From Trichoplax sp. H2 (Eukaryota): a stretch of 64,000 bases of DNA. The notes beneath the pieces are model-generated. The model worked only from the letters and a program-made list of their open reading frames with translations, was not told the origin of the DNA and did no database searches. Where the stretch lies: NCBI GenBank assembly GCA_003344405.1, contig NOWV01000244.1, forward strand, positions 1-64,000, given 5' to 3'. The position numbers and the translations under genes are program-made. Shown here one piece after another: positions 1 through 13,800 of this stretch (position 1 is the first letter of the stretch; each line of letters begins with the position of its first letter).

Positions 1-271
1 GCTAAATCTAGTGCAATTAATTTTAAAACAGACAACTTTTAACCGAAGAAAGTAAATGTACAATTGTAATAAACAGTGGATATGGCTAATGTTGAATACC
101 AAAGATTGTATAGAACAAGTTTATAAAAATAGGAATCTAATTTCCAGCTTAAAATCAATCTAGCCTGTACAGAATTATTAAACAGCAGATAAACAGCATA
201 AAAGCGAACGTTTTACGGACAACAAACATTTCACACTACAGTTTTATTTAAAATACAGAAATGGACATATT

Positions 272-3200
272 TCAAGACTGTCTAACTAAGCTATCCGTAA
301 TTGGTGGTTGATTATTTTCACGTGCAGGATCTTGTAAACGGTGAATTCTGATGTTTCCCTTATACCTTAATCTGCTAAAGATCGGTATGTAAAGGTAGAA
401 GTTAGGTTAGAATTTTCTTTTACGTAATTAGTTTACCTGCGTAAACCATACCAATGAGTATCTGGCACAACGCTGATATGATTCCCTCACCTCATGTTCT
501 GTGGAGATAGAAATATAAACTGGCGACGTTCTCTTGACGTGGCTAATTGTAGCAAAGTATCCATGCACAAATCTCGATTGACCATGTCCTGTATAAATAG
601 GGTAACGACTTTAAATTACGGCCATAAACTTCATAATGAAAGTTTTTATAAAAATATAGTTTTATTTACTTAGGAGAGTTAATCTACAAGTCAACAACAA
701 CATACCATAGAAACGTCAAATTCATCGAAACATTGTAAAGGTGAATCCGTTGGTTCCCAAAGCGCGACGATAAAAGCAATAGTTGAAAATGATCGTTCAC
801 CACATGACAATGAACCGGTGCCAGAGGTTTTTGCATTGGCAGATATCTTAACCTAAAAGTTTACGTGTTAATGAATCACAATCCAAAATGGCTATTCCTG
901 AACTACACTACTATAATTATAACATACATCTAAAGACATCTTTTTTTCGTTATGATCAATCAGCATAGTACCAAGATATCCTCTTTTTGCCAACGCTATA
1001 CGAAATGTAGTGATAATTCGTTCAGTTAAAATTTTTAGCATTCCTGTAAATAGCTTGTGTCGCTTCTTTAATTGATTGTTCAGTTGCTATCCGAAAGAAA
1101 TCATCGATACAGAAACAGGTACATATTAAGAAACTAAATCTTTATCCATCAATAAGTAACATAGCTTGACAACAGTATAAAATCTTGGTAACTATTGATC
1201 TTTACTTACTATCCGAAAAAAATCATCAACATAGAAATATGTATATAATAAGAAACTAAAACTAACATCAATCAGTAAGAAGTACAGCTTGACAACATTA
1301 TAAAATCTTATAAATTAAATGCAAGAATATTGCTGTATCAGCTACTCCGTTCGATAGACAATAACTTTTAGTACGGTAATGCTTGTAGTAATAGCATTTG
1401 CGTCATGACCAATTTCAATCGCACATAGAGCTACTAGCTTTGATGAGGTAAACCTATACCATTTCTCGTAGCTCCAAAAGCGATAGTGCCATCAACATAG
1501 ACAAATTATCCTTATCTTTGGTGTAAAAGTGAATTACCTTAGATGTACTATCAAGTATAGTATGGTGACCGCATTGTTCATCATACATTTTCTTTGCAGT
1601 AACGTAAGCGGCCAGAATTTCTTCACGAGTACCAGTTTCTTTTTCATGGTCAATTAAACGTTTTTTCTTTGCCTTAATTTGTTTATTCAATGTTGAAATA
1701 TCTAAACTGGAGTTACATCGCGTTGGAGATAACTTGAAAGCGGTTTCCTTGTACGCCTATATGTGGTAATGAAAGTACATTAGCCCAATTGAATGGATTG
1801 AATCACTGAAGTGATATATAATTTATAGACATATCTTACCTCTACGGTGTTTTCTTGATAAGAAATAGTTTGTAATTTTTCATTTTTCTTACGATGCAAT
1901 TGATCAATTTTTGATTGCAATTCATTCCATTGACTATCATAACTCCTGTATTTTACTTCAATTTCTTTACGTTTTTCCTAATTAGAAATGATTAATAATC
2001 GTTGCATAAGGGCTGTACACTGTACAGTATAGAAATAGAGTTAACCCCCAAAATTGCATACTTTAAGCAGTTTCATATCTTCCACAATCTTTTGTATCCC
2101 ATTTTCGAGGTCATTTATCTGATCTTCCAATGTTGTAGCTTTTGTGGCTACGTTGCGATATGATACCACGAGTTTTTCTAACTAATAATCGAAATTGCTA
2201 TATCAAATTAGTGGTAACATGACATTGTAGAAATAGTAAACTAGAGTTGAGACAGTAACAAGAAATTTATAATAAATTTGAACCTCTTCTTTATCTTTCT
2301 CAATTTCTTCCTCTCTGTCATGTAATTCAGTTTCCTATATATTAGGATTAGAAATTGTAGGACTGATAAAAGAGTTTGTAATTTCCTTGTACTTTACTAA
2401 ATTGTTGTTGGACTTAGATGTTGTCTTACCAATGCTGTCAAATCAGAGGCTTTGACCTCAAACGATTGCAACTCTTGGATTTCCTGTAAGAAATAATATT
2501 AAGTCAGCCTTTATTAATTGCTACCATTACCTGTCATAAATTATGAGTCATATTTATTTACATTCTTTAGTGAATTCATTCGGTCTTGATGATAGCTAAT
2601 TGATTGGCGTATTGAATTATAGTCCGTCTGTGTTATCATCCCAATATCGATTAGTAAATGTAACTAAACTTCAAAATATTATTCTTGTATATATATACTG
2701 TGATAAATACAAGTATAATTTAAGACCTTAATTTTATCTAAATTCCTCTGAATTGATGTCATTTGAGCACTAGCNNNNNNNNNNNNNNNNNNNNAGAAAT
2801 AGTAAACTAGAGTTGAGACAGTAACAAGAAATTTATAATAAATTTGAACCTCTTCTTTATCTTTCTCAATTTCTTCCTCTCTGTCATGTAATTCCGTTTC
2901 CTATATATTAGGATTAGAAATTGTAGGACTGATAAAAGAGTTTGTAATTTCCTTGTACTTTACTAAATTGTTGTTGGACTTAGATGTTGTCTTACCAATG
3001 CTGTCAAATCAGAGGCTTTGACCTCAAACGATTGCAACTCTTGGATTTCCTGTAAGAAATAATATTAAGTCAGCCTTTATTAATTGCTACCATTACCTGT
3101 CATAAATTATGAGTCATATTTATTTACATTCTTTAGTGAATTCATTCGGTCTTGATGATAGCTAATTGATTGGCGTATTGAATTATAGTCCGTCTGTGTT

Positions 3201-6200
3201 ATCATCCCAATATCGATTAGTAAATGTAATTAAACTTCAAAATATTATTCTTGTATATATATACTGTGATAAATACAAGTATAATTTAAGACCTTAATTT
3301 TATCTAAATTCCTCTGAATTGATGTCATATGAGTATTAGTGTTGCGAATGTCATTGTTGCAATTTTCAAAAAGCGATTTTCTACGTCTATTAAATAAAGA
3401 ACGTTTATTAATCTCACGTCGACTGCCATCATTAAACATCAACAACATCCTCTATCATAGTGTGATAACATCCATCTACACTTTTACAATGATAAAAATT
3501 TGTAATCATCGACTGATCTATCCGTACCTTATTTCTTCTGTTACATTTCGTACAAAATAATGAACTCCACGCCGAAAATTGGAATAATATCTGAAGTTAG
3601 CGCCGCCATAAAGATGGTCACCATTGATTATATAGGCCTGCGTATTAAGACAACGTACATCCTAAGCACGTAGAAACAATCACTTTGAAATTTTAATAGT
3701 TTCACTACAGTTTACAATACCTCTCTGACATTTCCAGGAACATTTCTACCTGTCAAAAAATTTATAGCTTCTTCTCGATGTTCGATAAGTAAAATGTTTT
3801 CGATTCCTTTCTATAACGTAGAAAAGTGATAATGTATTCAATCGAACTTACACTAAATTCATTTAATTTACAAATTCAAACAGCTTGCAGCATTACCTGA
3901 TCAATAAAGCAATTTATAACATTGCTATTATTGATATCTAACGATTCTAAAACAGTTGGGTACTGACACCGCTGGACATTAAGAAATACATGTATCGTCA
4001 ATAGTAGTTTCATGTTTGACAACTACTTTATCAGGCCATTAATATCGTTATCAGAAATATCAGTGTTTCTTACAAATTTGGGAATATCATGTGGCTTATC
4101 CTATTAATATCAACAACGATAAACGAAATCAGTCACGATGATTTATCCATTAGCAATCGAGTAGTGCTAACTGTTAAATATATTTACACATTTACCAAAA
4201 ATTTACTGACAACAACAGTTGGCATTCTAGGGATTCTCATGAGGCGGCATATGTCTATTAGAATATCTTTATCGTGATGATCATGACAGTGAAATGATCT
4301 TAGTAGATCACCCAAGCAATTCTCAATTGCAACTGCCCATTTCTGATCTTTCAAGGTAACATTTTGTCCTAGCATAAAATATCGATCGACATGATAAATA
4401 TTCTTCAAACAGAGTCAAACCATAAACTACAGGTATATAATCACGCAAAGCTGATGGTGTAGTCTTATCAATTATAAACCTAATGGTCCAAGAGGGAACT
4501 TATGAAATCGTCGTCTCTGATGGGCCTCTTGTACACGCCTGACCAGCTCTGGCATGTAATGCCCATACACTTCTAGCCGATTTTGACTAGAAGCCTCTAA
4601 TCGCTTAATCTCATCTTCTAAGTTGCGCTTTGTTTTCTCATTATAAAAAATCTTCGGTCTAGGCAGGTGAAAGATGATAAACGTTAAAATCGCTGTAAAA
4701 GTATGATTCAACATAGATCAGAATGAACCTCAATTCTTGTAAGTCGGTTTCTTCCTTCTTACGACTATATTCTAGCTGTGCTTTAGAATCAGTAGCTTTC
4801 GACAATGTTGATTGAAGTCTATCTAACTCTTCGTTTAGCGATGTAATTTTACTCTCACGGGTTAGCCGCGCTTGTGTACCTTCATCTCTATAACAGTAAT
4901 TGGTGAACGGTAAAGTATTAGACAATACTAACCATGTCAGCGAGGTTTCTAATTAAAAACTAAAGAATTCCTTGTATAACCTTTCCATAATTTCATCAAT
5001 CTTTTTTTGAAGCATATCTCGATCGTTTTCAGCATGATTTATTGAACGCTTGACCTCTTGACATTTTCTCTATACAGAATGGAATAAGGTGTTTAAAGAT
5101 AACAGAATTACCATGATTAAGAATTTTTAAAAGCTTTTATCGAAGGTTGTATTAAAGATGAATACGCTTCAAATAAAAAAGTGAGCTGTGGTGAAACCAT
5201 TACATTGCACGATAACTTTTCATCTTGACAGGACTTTTTTTCTGTATCTAAGCTGGCTTTCTTTACTTGAAGGTTATGCAGCTTGTCAGTCAGCTTTGTA
5301 ATTTCTAACTCTACATCTTTCCTTGATTCACTTAGCTTTTCTTTATCTTCCTAGATTTTAACGATGAATAAAGTAAAATTAATAGAGCTAGAATAAGTTG
5401 CTTGAAATGAGATTTTCTTACTAACATTGATCGTGCTCTGTCTCTGTTTTACTTTTGCTATACTCTTTTCAATCTGGGTTACTGCATCCTTAAATTGCTG
5501 CAATTTCTAAAGAAAGAAAGGCAAATTTTACTAAGTTATAATGATGAAACTATACCGTGTCCGCTTTAGGAGTAAATTTTAACGCTTGCCTCTTCTTCAA
5601 TGCGAACGTACGCCCATGCAAGTGATACTTTGAGTTGTTGCAAGTCGTTCTCTATCTTCTCCAAGTGATCAAGGAACCTCAATCTTGAGCGATGATGCTC
5701 CACAACTTGTTTCTGCTCTTCTATGATCTGTCAAAATAGCCATTGTCGTTTACAAAATCGTTATAATAGAAAATTATTACTTTCTAATACGACTATAGTC
5801 TACTTAGAGTTACTAATATTTTCCATTTCACGATGGAAAGCGTTACTCACTTTTTCTTTCTTATTAACAGCAGCTATTAAGTATTGCTGAGCATCAGAAG
5901 CACAGATAAGGTTGTTATATATTTGATCCAGCTGAGTGGCTTTAAAAAAAAACTATTTTAAGATTAAAAAGTGTATTAGAATAAATGTTTAACGGGAAAG
6001 AAATGATGTTCTACAAAGGGGAGAAGGATTTTTAGGATTAGAGAAAAAGATTATGGAGAAAGTAAGAATGATATGCACATCAAGAATGGAATCATTCTGG
6101 TGAACGTACTTGATATTTTTTAGCTTCATTTTGAGATCCTAAAAATTCTCGGCTAGCATCTTGCGTAAGGAAGCTAGCTGGATTATCAATTTGTATATTA

Positions 6201-9200
6201 TAATGTTCCAATATATTTTGAAGTTCTTTATTAGATTTGGCGATAATTTCACCTAATTGAGGAAGAAAGGATGGAAATTTGGAAATGTCACCAAATCAAT
6301 ATAATAAGATATGATCTAATTCATTCATGAAGGTCAGAAGCAATCGTGATCTAACCTTCTGCAGACTTAAGCTTGTACGTGGAATGGCCATCATTCCAAA
6401 TATGCCTTTCAAGGAAAATATTTGGACCAAAATCTACCGCGCGATATGCATCGGGGCCGTTGTTTGCTAAAGTTATTATAATCCGAGCGTAACTACGACA
6501 AAGAATTCAAATAATATCGATGCATTTCAACTGTTGAGCAATTTCTTTACTATGTAAAAATATATTTCAAATGAGAATATCCGTATTTTAGACCGATATC
6601 CAGTAGTATGCAATGGATAAAAAGTACAATATTAGATATTGTAAGTATTCCTTTGCGAAATTATCCCTTTATGCATAGTTCCAGTATGATTAACTATAAT
6701 GACGACAACAAATAATGTAAGTATTCTTTCGCGAAACTTTCCCTTTTTGCATCATTTTGCATGACTGATTTATGTATCACCAGTAATTTAAAGCGATATC
6801 CAGTTGTATATCAATGGATAAAAAGTACTATCAATACCACTGTTCTTGTCAACAACAGATAATGTGAGTATTCCTCGGCGAAACCTCCCTTTATGCATAA
6901 TCCTTGTATGATTGATTTATGCATCGTTGGTAATTTTACAGCGATATGTAATTGTATGAAATGGATGAAAGTACTGTCTATCCAAGGTTGTTATTGACAA
7001 CAACAGATTATGTAAGTATTCCGTTTGTGAAAGTTTCCCCTTCGTACGTGATTAATTTACGCTTTATGTCGTTATCACTGGTAATTTTAGACCGATATGC
7101 AGTTGTATGCAATGGAAGGAAAGGATGATTTTAAAAGCGATATCTAGCTGTATGCAATGGATGAAAAGTACTATCTATTCGAGACTGTTATAGTCAACAA
7201 CAGATTATGTAAGTATTGCTTCTCGAAACTTTTTCTGAAGTATAATCCTTGTATAATTGATCTAGGTATTACATAGTTATCACTGGTAATTTTAGATCGA
7301 TATCCAGTTGTATGCAATGGATAGAAATTCTACATTCCCTATTGATATTGACAACAGGTTGTTAGTATTCCTTGGTGAAACTTTCCCTTTATACATAATC
7401 TTGCATGAGTGATTGAGGTATTCCAAACGCGTAGTTATCCCTGGTAATTTTAGGCTGATATCCAGTTGTATGTAATGGATAGAAACTGTTCATCCAAGAT
7501 TGACATTGACAACAACAGATTATGTAAGTATTCCTTTGTCAAACTTTCCCTTTTATATGCGATAGTTTTGTATGATTGATTATATATGACTGTTAATTTA
7601 AGACCGATATCCAATTGTACGCTATGGATGAAAAGCACTCTGTATCCGAGATTGCTGTTAACAACTATAGATTATATAAGTATTCCTTTGCGAAAACTTG
7701 ATGTATGATTGATTTATGTATTGCATACAGTTGTATGCAATGGATGAAAAGTACTACCTATCCAAGATTGTTAGTAACAAGAACAGATCATCAAAGTATT
7801 CCTCGGCGAAATTTTCTTTTCATGTAAAGGAGCCCTTTGCATGCTTGATCTTTTTTTTTATTAATACGTCTTTCTCTCCTTCACGATATCAAATAACCAT
7901 CATCTATTTGGATATACTCGGCCAATGTTGTAAGGATTTGAAGACGTTGAGTACAGTAGGAAATAAGGACTTTTAAAAGGTGCCTGGTAGGCAACAAGCG
8001 TAGTTTAACGGGTAGAGCAACTCAATCATTTCTTGATCTATTTTGCGAGCAAGACTGGCATGGACGGGAAAACAGTTTCAGTAGCTAGTATTCGGTGATG
8101 GGATAGTGGTCGATTTACTGAACTACGATGTAGGTAAGACTGGATTAAAACCAATGTACTCAGATCAAATAATGTGCTATTCAAACTGACACTATTGGCA
8201 ACATCGATTACAATCATCGGACATGTTGTCCAAATTAATATAGCGCATTGGTGGCAAAATAGTTATCAAAGAATGTTGACTAATAACGTAGCAATGCAAC
8301 CTACATACGCTAGCCAGAAGATATTAATGCGAATTCCTATGCTAAGACGATACTACTGTATCTTTTCCAGCTGTGGATACACTAGGGTGCCCATTCAATG
8401 GATTATTTTGGAGATCATTTTACGCTTGTTGATGAAAATCGTTACTCGAATCTAGCTTAGTAACAGTATGGAACTATTTTTACTAGCAAGATGATACATG
8501 TTGAGTCAATGGGCTTATTTTGGTTAGGTTGATGAAACTAATTTTGTTTAACGGCAGAGCGTAAACCTTCCGATCACTGTATGAATAAAATGATGGAAAG
8601 AAGAACTGCTGCCAATGCAAAAGGGCTTTACAACTTGAGAGTCAAGATGGCTGACATTGGATTTGCCTAAGCTTATCACTATAGGCCATTGAAATGCCAA
8701 GAAGATGGCACGAACTTGCCAGCAAATAGTAAAATACTTACTTGGAGCCTTTTTTAATGAATTCCTTCAAGGAAGAAGCTCGATTGGTAACGCTAGAACG
8801 TCCACCTAAGCAAATGATGATACCAGTCATGATTGCACTTTTACCACCTAGATTGAAGATTAAACTATTTTATTGACATGACAGCCATGATAAAATTGAA
8901 TTGAATGTTATCGTAGTTCAATTGTTGCTAAGGTTAGGCTAAGAAAGGATCAAGCTTAGCAACAATCTATATTTGCTATAGTAGATACTTACTTCCATTT
9001 CTGCCAATGACGAAATTGACATTTTCTCCTAATGTCACGGTCAGATTGGAATGGCACATAAAATTAATCAATTGGATCTGTAGGATTATACCGCTTGTCT
9101 TTTGATCATCGCTTTGTGAATTATTGCTTTCTATCTGCAATTGGCAAGACCATGTAAGAAAAAATAATGTGTTAGTTCATTATAGAGTCGTTTGCTGTCA

Positions 9201-9850
9201 GTCAGCAATTTTCAAGACAAGGTAGTACGTTAAAGGTAGAAAAATGGAAGTTAGACTGATTGTGATGGAGTGCGGAGCGATGTAGGTGGAGAAGACGACT
9301 GGCACATTGGACAGTGTTGATGATGAAGAAATGTGGCGTCATAATTGTTTGTAGGAGGTTGGTAGCCTAAATAAAGGATGGTCATCGAAAGACGTTCAAC
9401 TTTGAGGTCTAAAGTAGTCAACCTATTAGCGCAGAAAGATGAAGCTGCATTGTACAGTATTGATGTTGAAGAACCGCCATGATTGAATGTGTTTATCATG
9501 TATCCTATAGTCTAATACTAAGAAATGCAGCTATCGCTTCCTCGATCCTTGCACCCTAATGTCTGATTGAATGTGATCATTACCTGATCGTCGTCCAAGG
9601 CTTGTTCATCATGATAATCATGATCGGCCTTTTGTTGGCTGTCTTGTGATTCTTCAACACGACGTTTTTGAGGAAGTGTATTACTACTGACAATGATACA
9701 ATCATCTTCATCATCGATCCATCGTTTATGATCGGCATTTTGTTGGCTGTCTTGTGATTCTTCAACACGACGTTTTTTAGGTAGTGTATTACTACTGACA
9801 ATGATACAATCATCTTCATCATCGATCCATCGTTTATGTCTGTCAGCCAT
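272..9850 (-). CDS. SMC6: Structural maintenance of chromosomes protein 6 (multi-exon, >25 exons)
   Basis: Spliced translation gives the N-terminal head [42 protein letters not shown] (Walker A split by the intron at ~8850-8992), Q-loop region [17 protein letters not shown], hinge [23 protein letters not shown], and C-terminal head [45 protein letters not shown] at 9850, stop TGA at 272-274. Exons in 2229-2774 are duplicated across an assembly gap. Confidence 0.95.
1087..1320. repeat. Two diverged ~120-bp direct copies of the 3' end of an SMC6 intron
   Basis: ctatccgaaagaaatcatcgatacagaaacaggtacatattaagaaactaaa..agcttgacaacagtataaaatctt (from ~1087) recurs as ctatccgaaaaaaatcatcaacatagaaatatgtatataataagaaactaaa..agcttgacaacattataaaatctt (from ~1209). 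Confidence 0.8.
2229..3340. repeat. Near-identical ~545-bp direct duplication flanking a 20-N gap (2775-2794); probable contig or haplotype overlap
   Basis: 2229-2774 matches 2795-3340 at offset 566 with few substitutions (aattcagtttcc vs aattccgtttcc; taactaaac vs taattaaac). Copy 1 degrades in the last bases before the gap. Confidence 0.9.
6585..7850. repeat. Degenerate tandem array (~9 units, mostly ~120-200 bp) inside the long SMC6 intron 6493-8740
   Basis: The core gatatccagttgtatgcaatggatgaaaagtact..gacaacaacagattatgtaagtattcc recurs at about 6591, 6793, 6941, 7091, 7137, 7295, 7454, 7602 and 7724. Confidence 0.9.
9623..9838 (-). repeat. 108-nt in-frame tandem duplication in SMC6 exon 1 (36 aa x2)
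   Basis: [20 protein letters not shown](K/Q)[12 protein letters not shown](N/K)AD occurs twice, at 9838-9731 and 9730-9623. Confidence 0.95.
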
Positions 9851-10889
9851 GTTGAATCTTCATCAATTGCATAACGAAAAGTAGGCTAGCCCACCATCAG
9901 GCAAGATGGGAGTTTTCGATTTGAGGCGAAAGTAGCGTGCCCAACTGCGCATGTACCCTGTATTGATGGGCGTAAACCACCTGTATCTTCCCCGCCCGGT
10001 TAGGATGACAGAGGGCCTTTGGTAACCCCTTGCGGTATACAGTACATACAGTGTACGTATACTGTCATCGACCGTGTCCCATTTTGATGCAGGGATTACT
10101 ATAGAAAAAATTCGACCCCCCCCCCCCCCCCNNNNNNNNNNNNNNNNNNNNCCACCCAGGGTGTACGTTATCTGATCCATGTTGATAGGCCTCCCATAAA
10201 CGGTCGGTCGTTTGAAGTTGGCGGTCTAGTCGTTTACCAGACTGATATTTCATCGATAGTGTGGACTAGTCCGAAAGGTCTGGTATCCGATACGATACTG
10301 TATCACCTACAGTACTTAGAGTAGGTATCCAGTACAGTACTTTAGAGTCGATATACTGTACACTGTACAGTACTGCAGACTCTACTGCGCAAATTTACTG
10401 CGCACAGTGCAAGAGGCGATAGAAGGAAAGACGGACTGCCAACGGCTGGTCAACTAGCTAACAACGGTATGGCTGACTGTTTTACTGGTCATTTCAACTC
10501 AATGGTATCTCTGAAATGATACACTGTACTGTCCGTGATTGCTATCCAAACGAGCTACGAGCTTGCTGACGAAAGGGTAGTATAGTAGACGGTTTCAGTC
10601 ATAGCGTCTAGCAGAATGACCAGAAAAATGGTCAACCTTGCGGGTATTTTGCTGGCCAAGGTTTGTTGCCGATCTCTATTTCCCTTTAGCACTTCCTCAG
10701 GCTGAGATTGCTGCTGGAATTGAGCTGCTGGCTAAAATTGCTTTAGCCCTACCAATCGAGTGGGTTGAATTGGAGCTTGGCTGAAGTGATTTCCATTTTG
10801 GATGTTTGCAATCCCTACTGGCCATTTCGGTCATCCTTCGGCACTGTAGTAGCAACAACATACTGGTCCTGCAATCTAGCAACATCACC

Positions 10890-13800
10890 ATGTCAACGAC
10901 GACCACAACGTCCATTCAGGTGGTCGACGGCAATCTCTTGGATATCGAGCAATTTCGATCTCGTTATTTACATCAATGCCAGCCTGTTATCATTCAAAAT
11001 CATGTCACCTCTTGGCCAGCTTACAATGCATGGGATTTCCAGTCTTTAAAGTCAAGAGTCGGTGATAACATGGTACACATTCGAAGAAATACTGATCAAC
11101 AAGACTACAAGGTAGTGTTCGGTAGACAGGTTGCAAAGCCAATCCAGTAGCATGCAAACACCTCTTCAGTGCAAGCAATTAGTTATACGTTGTACCATAG
11201 TCTACTAAATTACAGGTGCATCGAGTAGTCCATGATTGTATATATTGCAAGAAACACTGATCAGCAAGACTACAAGGCAGTGTACAGTAGACGGGCTGCA
11301 AAGCCAATCTAGTAGCATGCAAACATCTCTTCACTGCAATAATTAGTTATAGATATAACGTTGTAGCTTGGACTACTAAATTACGAGTGCATCGAGTAAT
11401 TTATGGTTGTACATATTGCAAGAAACACTATTCAACACGACTGCAAGGTAGTGTACAGTAAACGGACTGCAAAGCCAATCCAGTAGCATGGACTAATAAA
11501 TTACAGGTGTATCGAACAGTCTATGCTTGTACATATTGCAAGAAACACCAATCAACAAGAGTACAAAGTAGTGTACAGTAGACGGGCTGCAAGGCCAATC
11601 CAGTAGCATGCAAACGTCTTTTCAGTGCAATAATTAGTTACAGATATAACGTTGTAGCATGGACTACTAAATTACAGGTGCATCGAGTAGTCTATGGTTG
11701 TATGTATTGCAAGAAACACCAATCAACAAAACTACAAAATAGTGTACAGCAGACGGGCTGTAAAGCCAATCCAGTAGCATAAAAACACGTCTTCAGTTCA
11801 ATAATTAGATATAAAGAAACACTGATCAGCAAAACTCTAAGGTAGAATGTAGTAAACCGGCTGGAAAGACAATTATTATTATGTTGTACACATTCGAAGA
11901 AACACCGATTAGCAAGACTACATAGTAGTGTACAATAGTCTGGCTACATAGCGCATCACTTCAATAACAAGACGATATCCTTGTTCAGCAGTTGTATGTC
12001 TGTCGTGTATTGACATTGTGCTTATATAAAATATTAGCCTAGACCACAATAACATCCAAAGATATAGTCCAAATATAGATTGGGATAACGTAGGACCAAT
12101 ATTTCTCCGTCTGCAATCTGATCCCCTTCAAACCGATATCGTTCGAGTGCTGCACAACTGTATTTCATTCTTCTTTTGCTTATGGCGGGCAGTCAAGCTA
12201 AGAGAGACAAATATTGATTAGTAGTGTATGCTGATTGCAATTCTAATCATAGTCATGTAATCGTCATACTTTTGCTAGTAGTACAGGACCGCATTATACG
12301 CCAGGACTTGCAGTTACAGCAGCATACTTGGTCCCAGTCAAATTGCGACCATTCGAATGTATGGTAGTACAGTATAATCGAGTGCAAGATGGCTTGCATG
12401 GGCATAACAGTACTTTCATCTCTCATTGTGGGCAATCTAGCCATTTTATGATAATGTCGAGTAATACTCATCAGTGATGAGTGATCACCAATCTGATGAC
12501 TGCAAGCGATGCCAGCAGTAAATAATGATATACTGTCGGTTTGAAATTTTAAAATACATTGCGTAATAGCCGCCTAATTCATCTATTTGGATACTACAGG
12601 TCGGTAAAAGCTATAATATCGAACAAACTACCTTAGCAACCTACTTGAACAATGTTGAGATGCAATCACCCAAGGCGAAAGGTTCTTATTTAGCCGTTCA
12701 AAATATCAAGCAAACTTTTCCTCAGTTAGAGGTGAGATAGATCTGCTGTAGAATGACGGTACTTCCTTTCATATTGTCTACTTGACGCTTGAATAGCCTG
12801 TATTGATTTTGATGAAACTACTATATCTACACGTGATGTTAATCTTTGAATCAATCAATGACCTGCAAATAAATGTGCTAGTCTTGCTCTATATCATGCA
12901 TCTATACAGTAAAACGTTTGTTGAATACAATTTCTGTAATTAGGATACGGCATCAGCCAATCCTATTCATAAACTAATCATCTTTCAGCTTTTACTGAAT
13001 GAGAACCATGCAACTTTCTTTTGCAGGATGATGTTATTATTCCTAAATACGTTGGCAAAATGCACGGTGGGCCTTTTATGTGGATTGCTTATCAAGGCCA
13101 CTATGGTAAGTACAGTACAGTGGTATAGAAATGTAATGTCAAATGATGTCGTAATACTCATACGATCGTGATTGTCTTATGCTATATATTAATCCACTAG
13201 TTAACATAACAATTTTTAGCGATGTTATCAATATAAATGAATGTGTCGTCGTATCGGCAAAAGTAGTTGGAACCTATACAAACAACCATACCTTATACTA
13301 TATTTTAAGATATATTTTTTACACTGCAGCATGCTAACATGCGTAAACTTATTGATTTAACGACGTCGATTCGTCATATGCAATGGAGTCGAAATAGCTT
13401 CCATTGTTATGTGTAGCATCAAGGTTAGGTCAATCTTGTATCGTAGTTATACATCCATTGAAAATAATATGTTCATGGAGCGTTATAAAGTTAACATTTA
13501 ATCTCTAGCAGCCAAAGCCTATAGTTAAACCGCAGTAACTCATAACTTTGTTTAAAATGGTAGTCGCTCAAGAATACACATTATACGTATTCCTAAATTT
13601 TAGAAATCTGATCCGTACTTTGATTGTCATAGAGTTTTGCCATTTAGATCCTGATGACAATTTCCTTGCTATGATCAGAGGACGTAAACGTGTTCGACTA
13701 TACGGCTGTCAGACCCAGCCTTTGTATCCTAATCCACTTGGATCCAAAGGACGTACTATACAGTCACAAGTAGATTGCGATAACCCTGACTATCAAAAAT

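Noticed and set aside
2229..3340. Apparent tandem exon duplication in the SMC6 coiled coil
   Set aside because: The copies abut a 20-N gap, are almost identical including introns, and copy 1 decays at the contig edge. This is typical of an unmerged contig or haplotype overlap.
9580..9822. Second repeated ORF overlapping SMC6 exon 1
   Set aside because: Alternative frame of the same 108-nt duplication; the SMC6 frame is the one that splices to exon 2.
9863..10253. Poly-Gly ORFs and a possible G-quadruplex at the poly(C) run 10116-10131
   Set aside because: The run ends in an N gap (10132-10151), so its length and frame are unknown, and the ORFs show no recognisable homology.
12468..12500. 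C-box (GTGATGA) and D-box (CTGA) with a terminal stem in the JmjC intron, suggesting a snoRNA
   Set aside because: The boxes are only ~12 nt apart, far too short for a C/D snoRNA.
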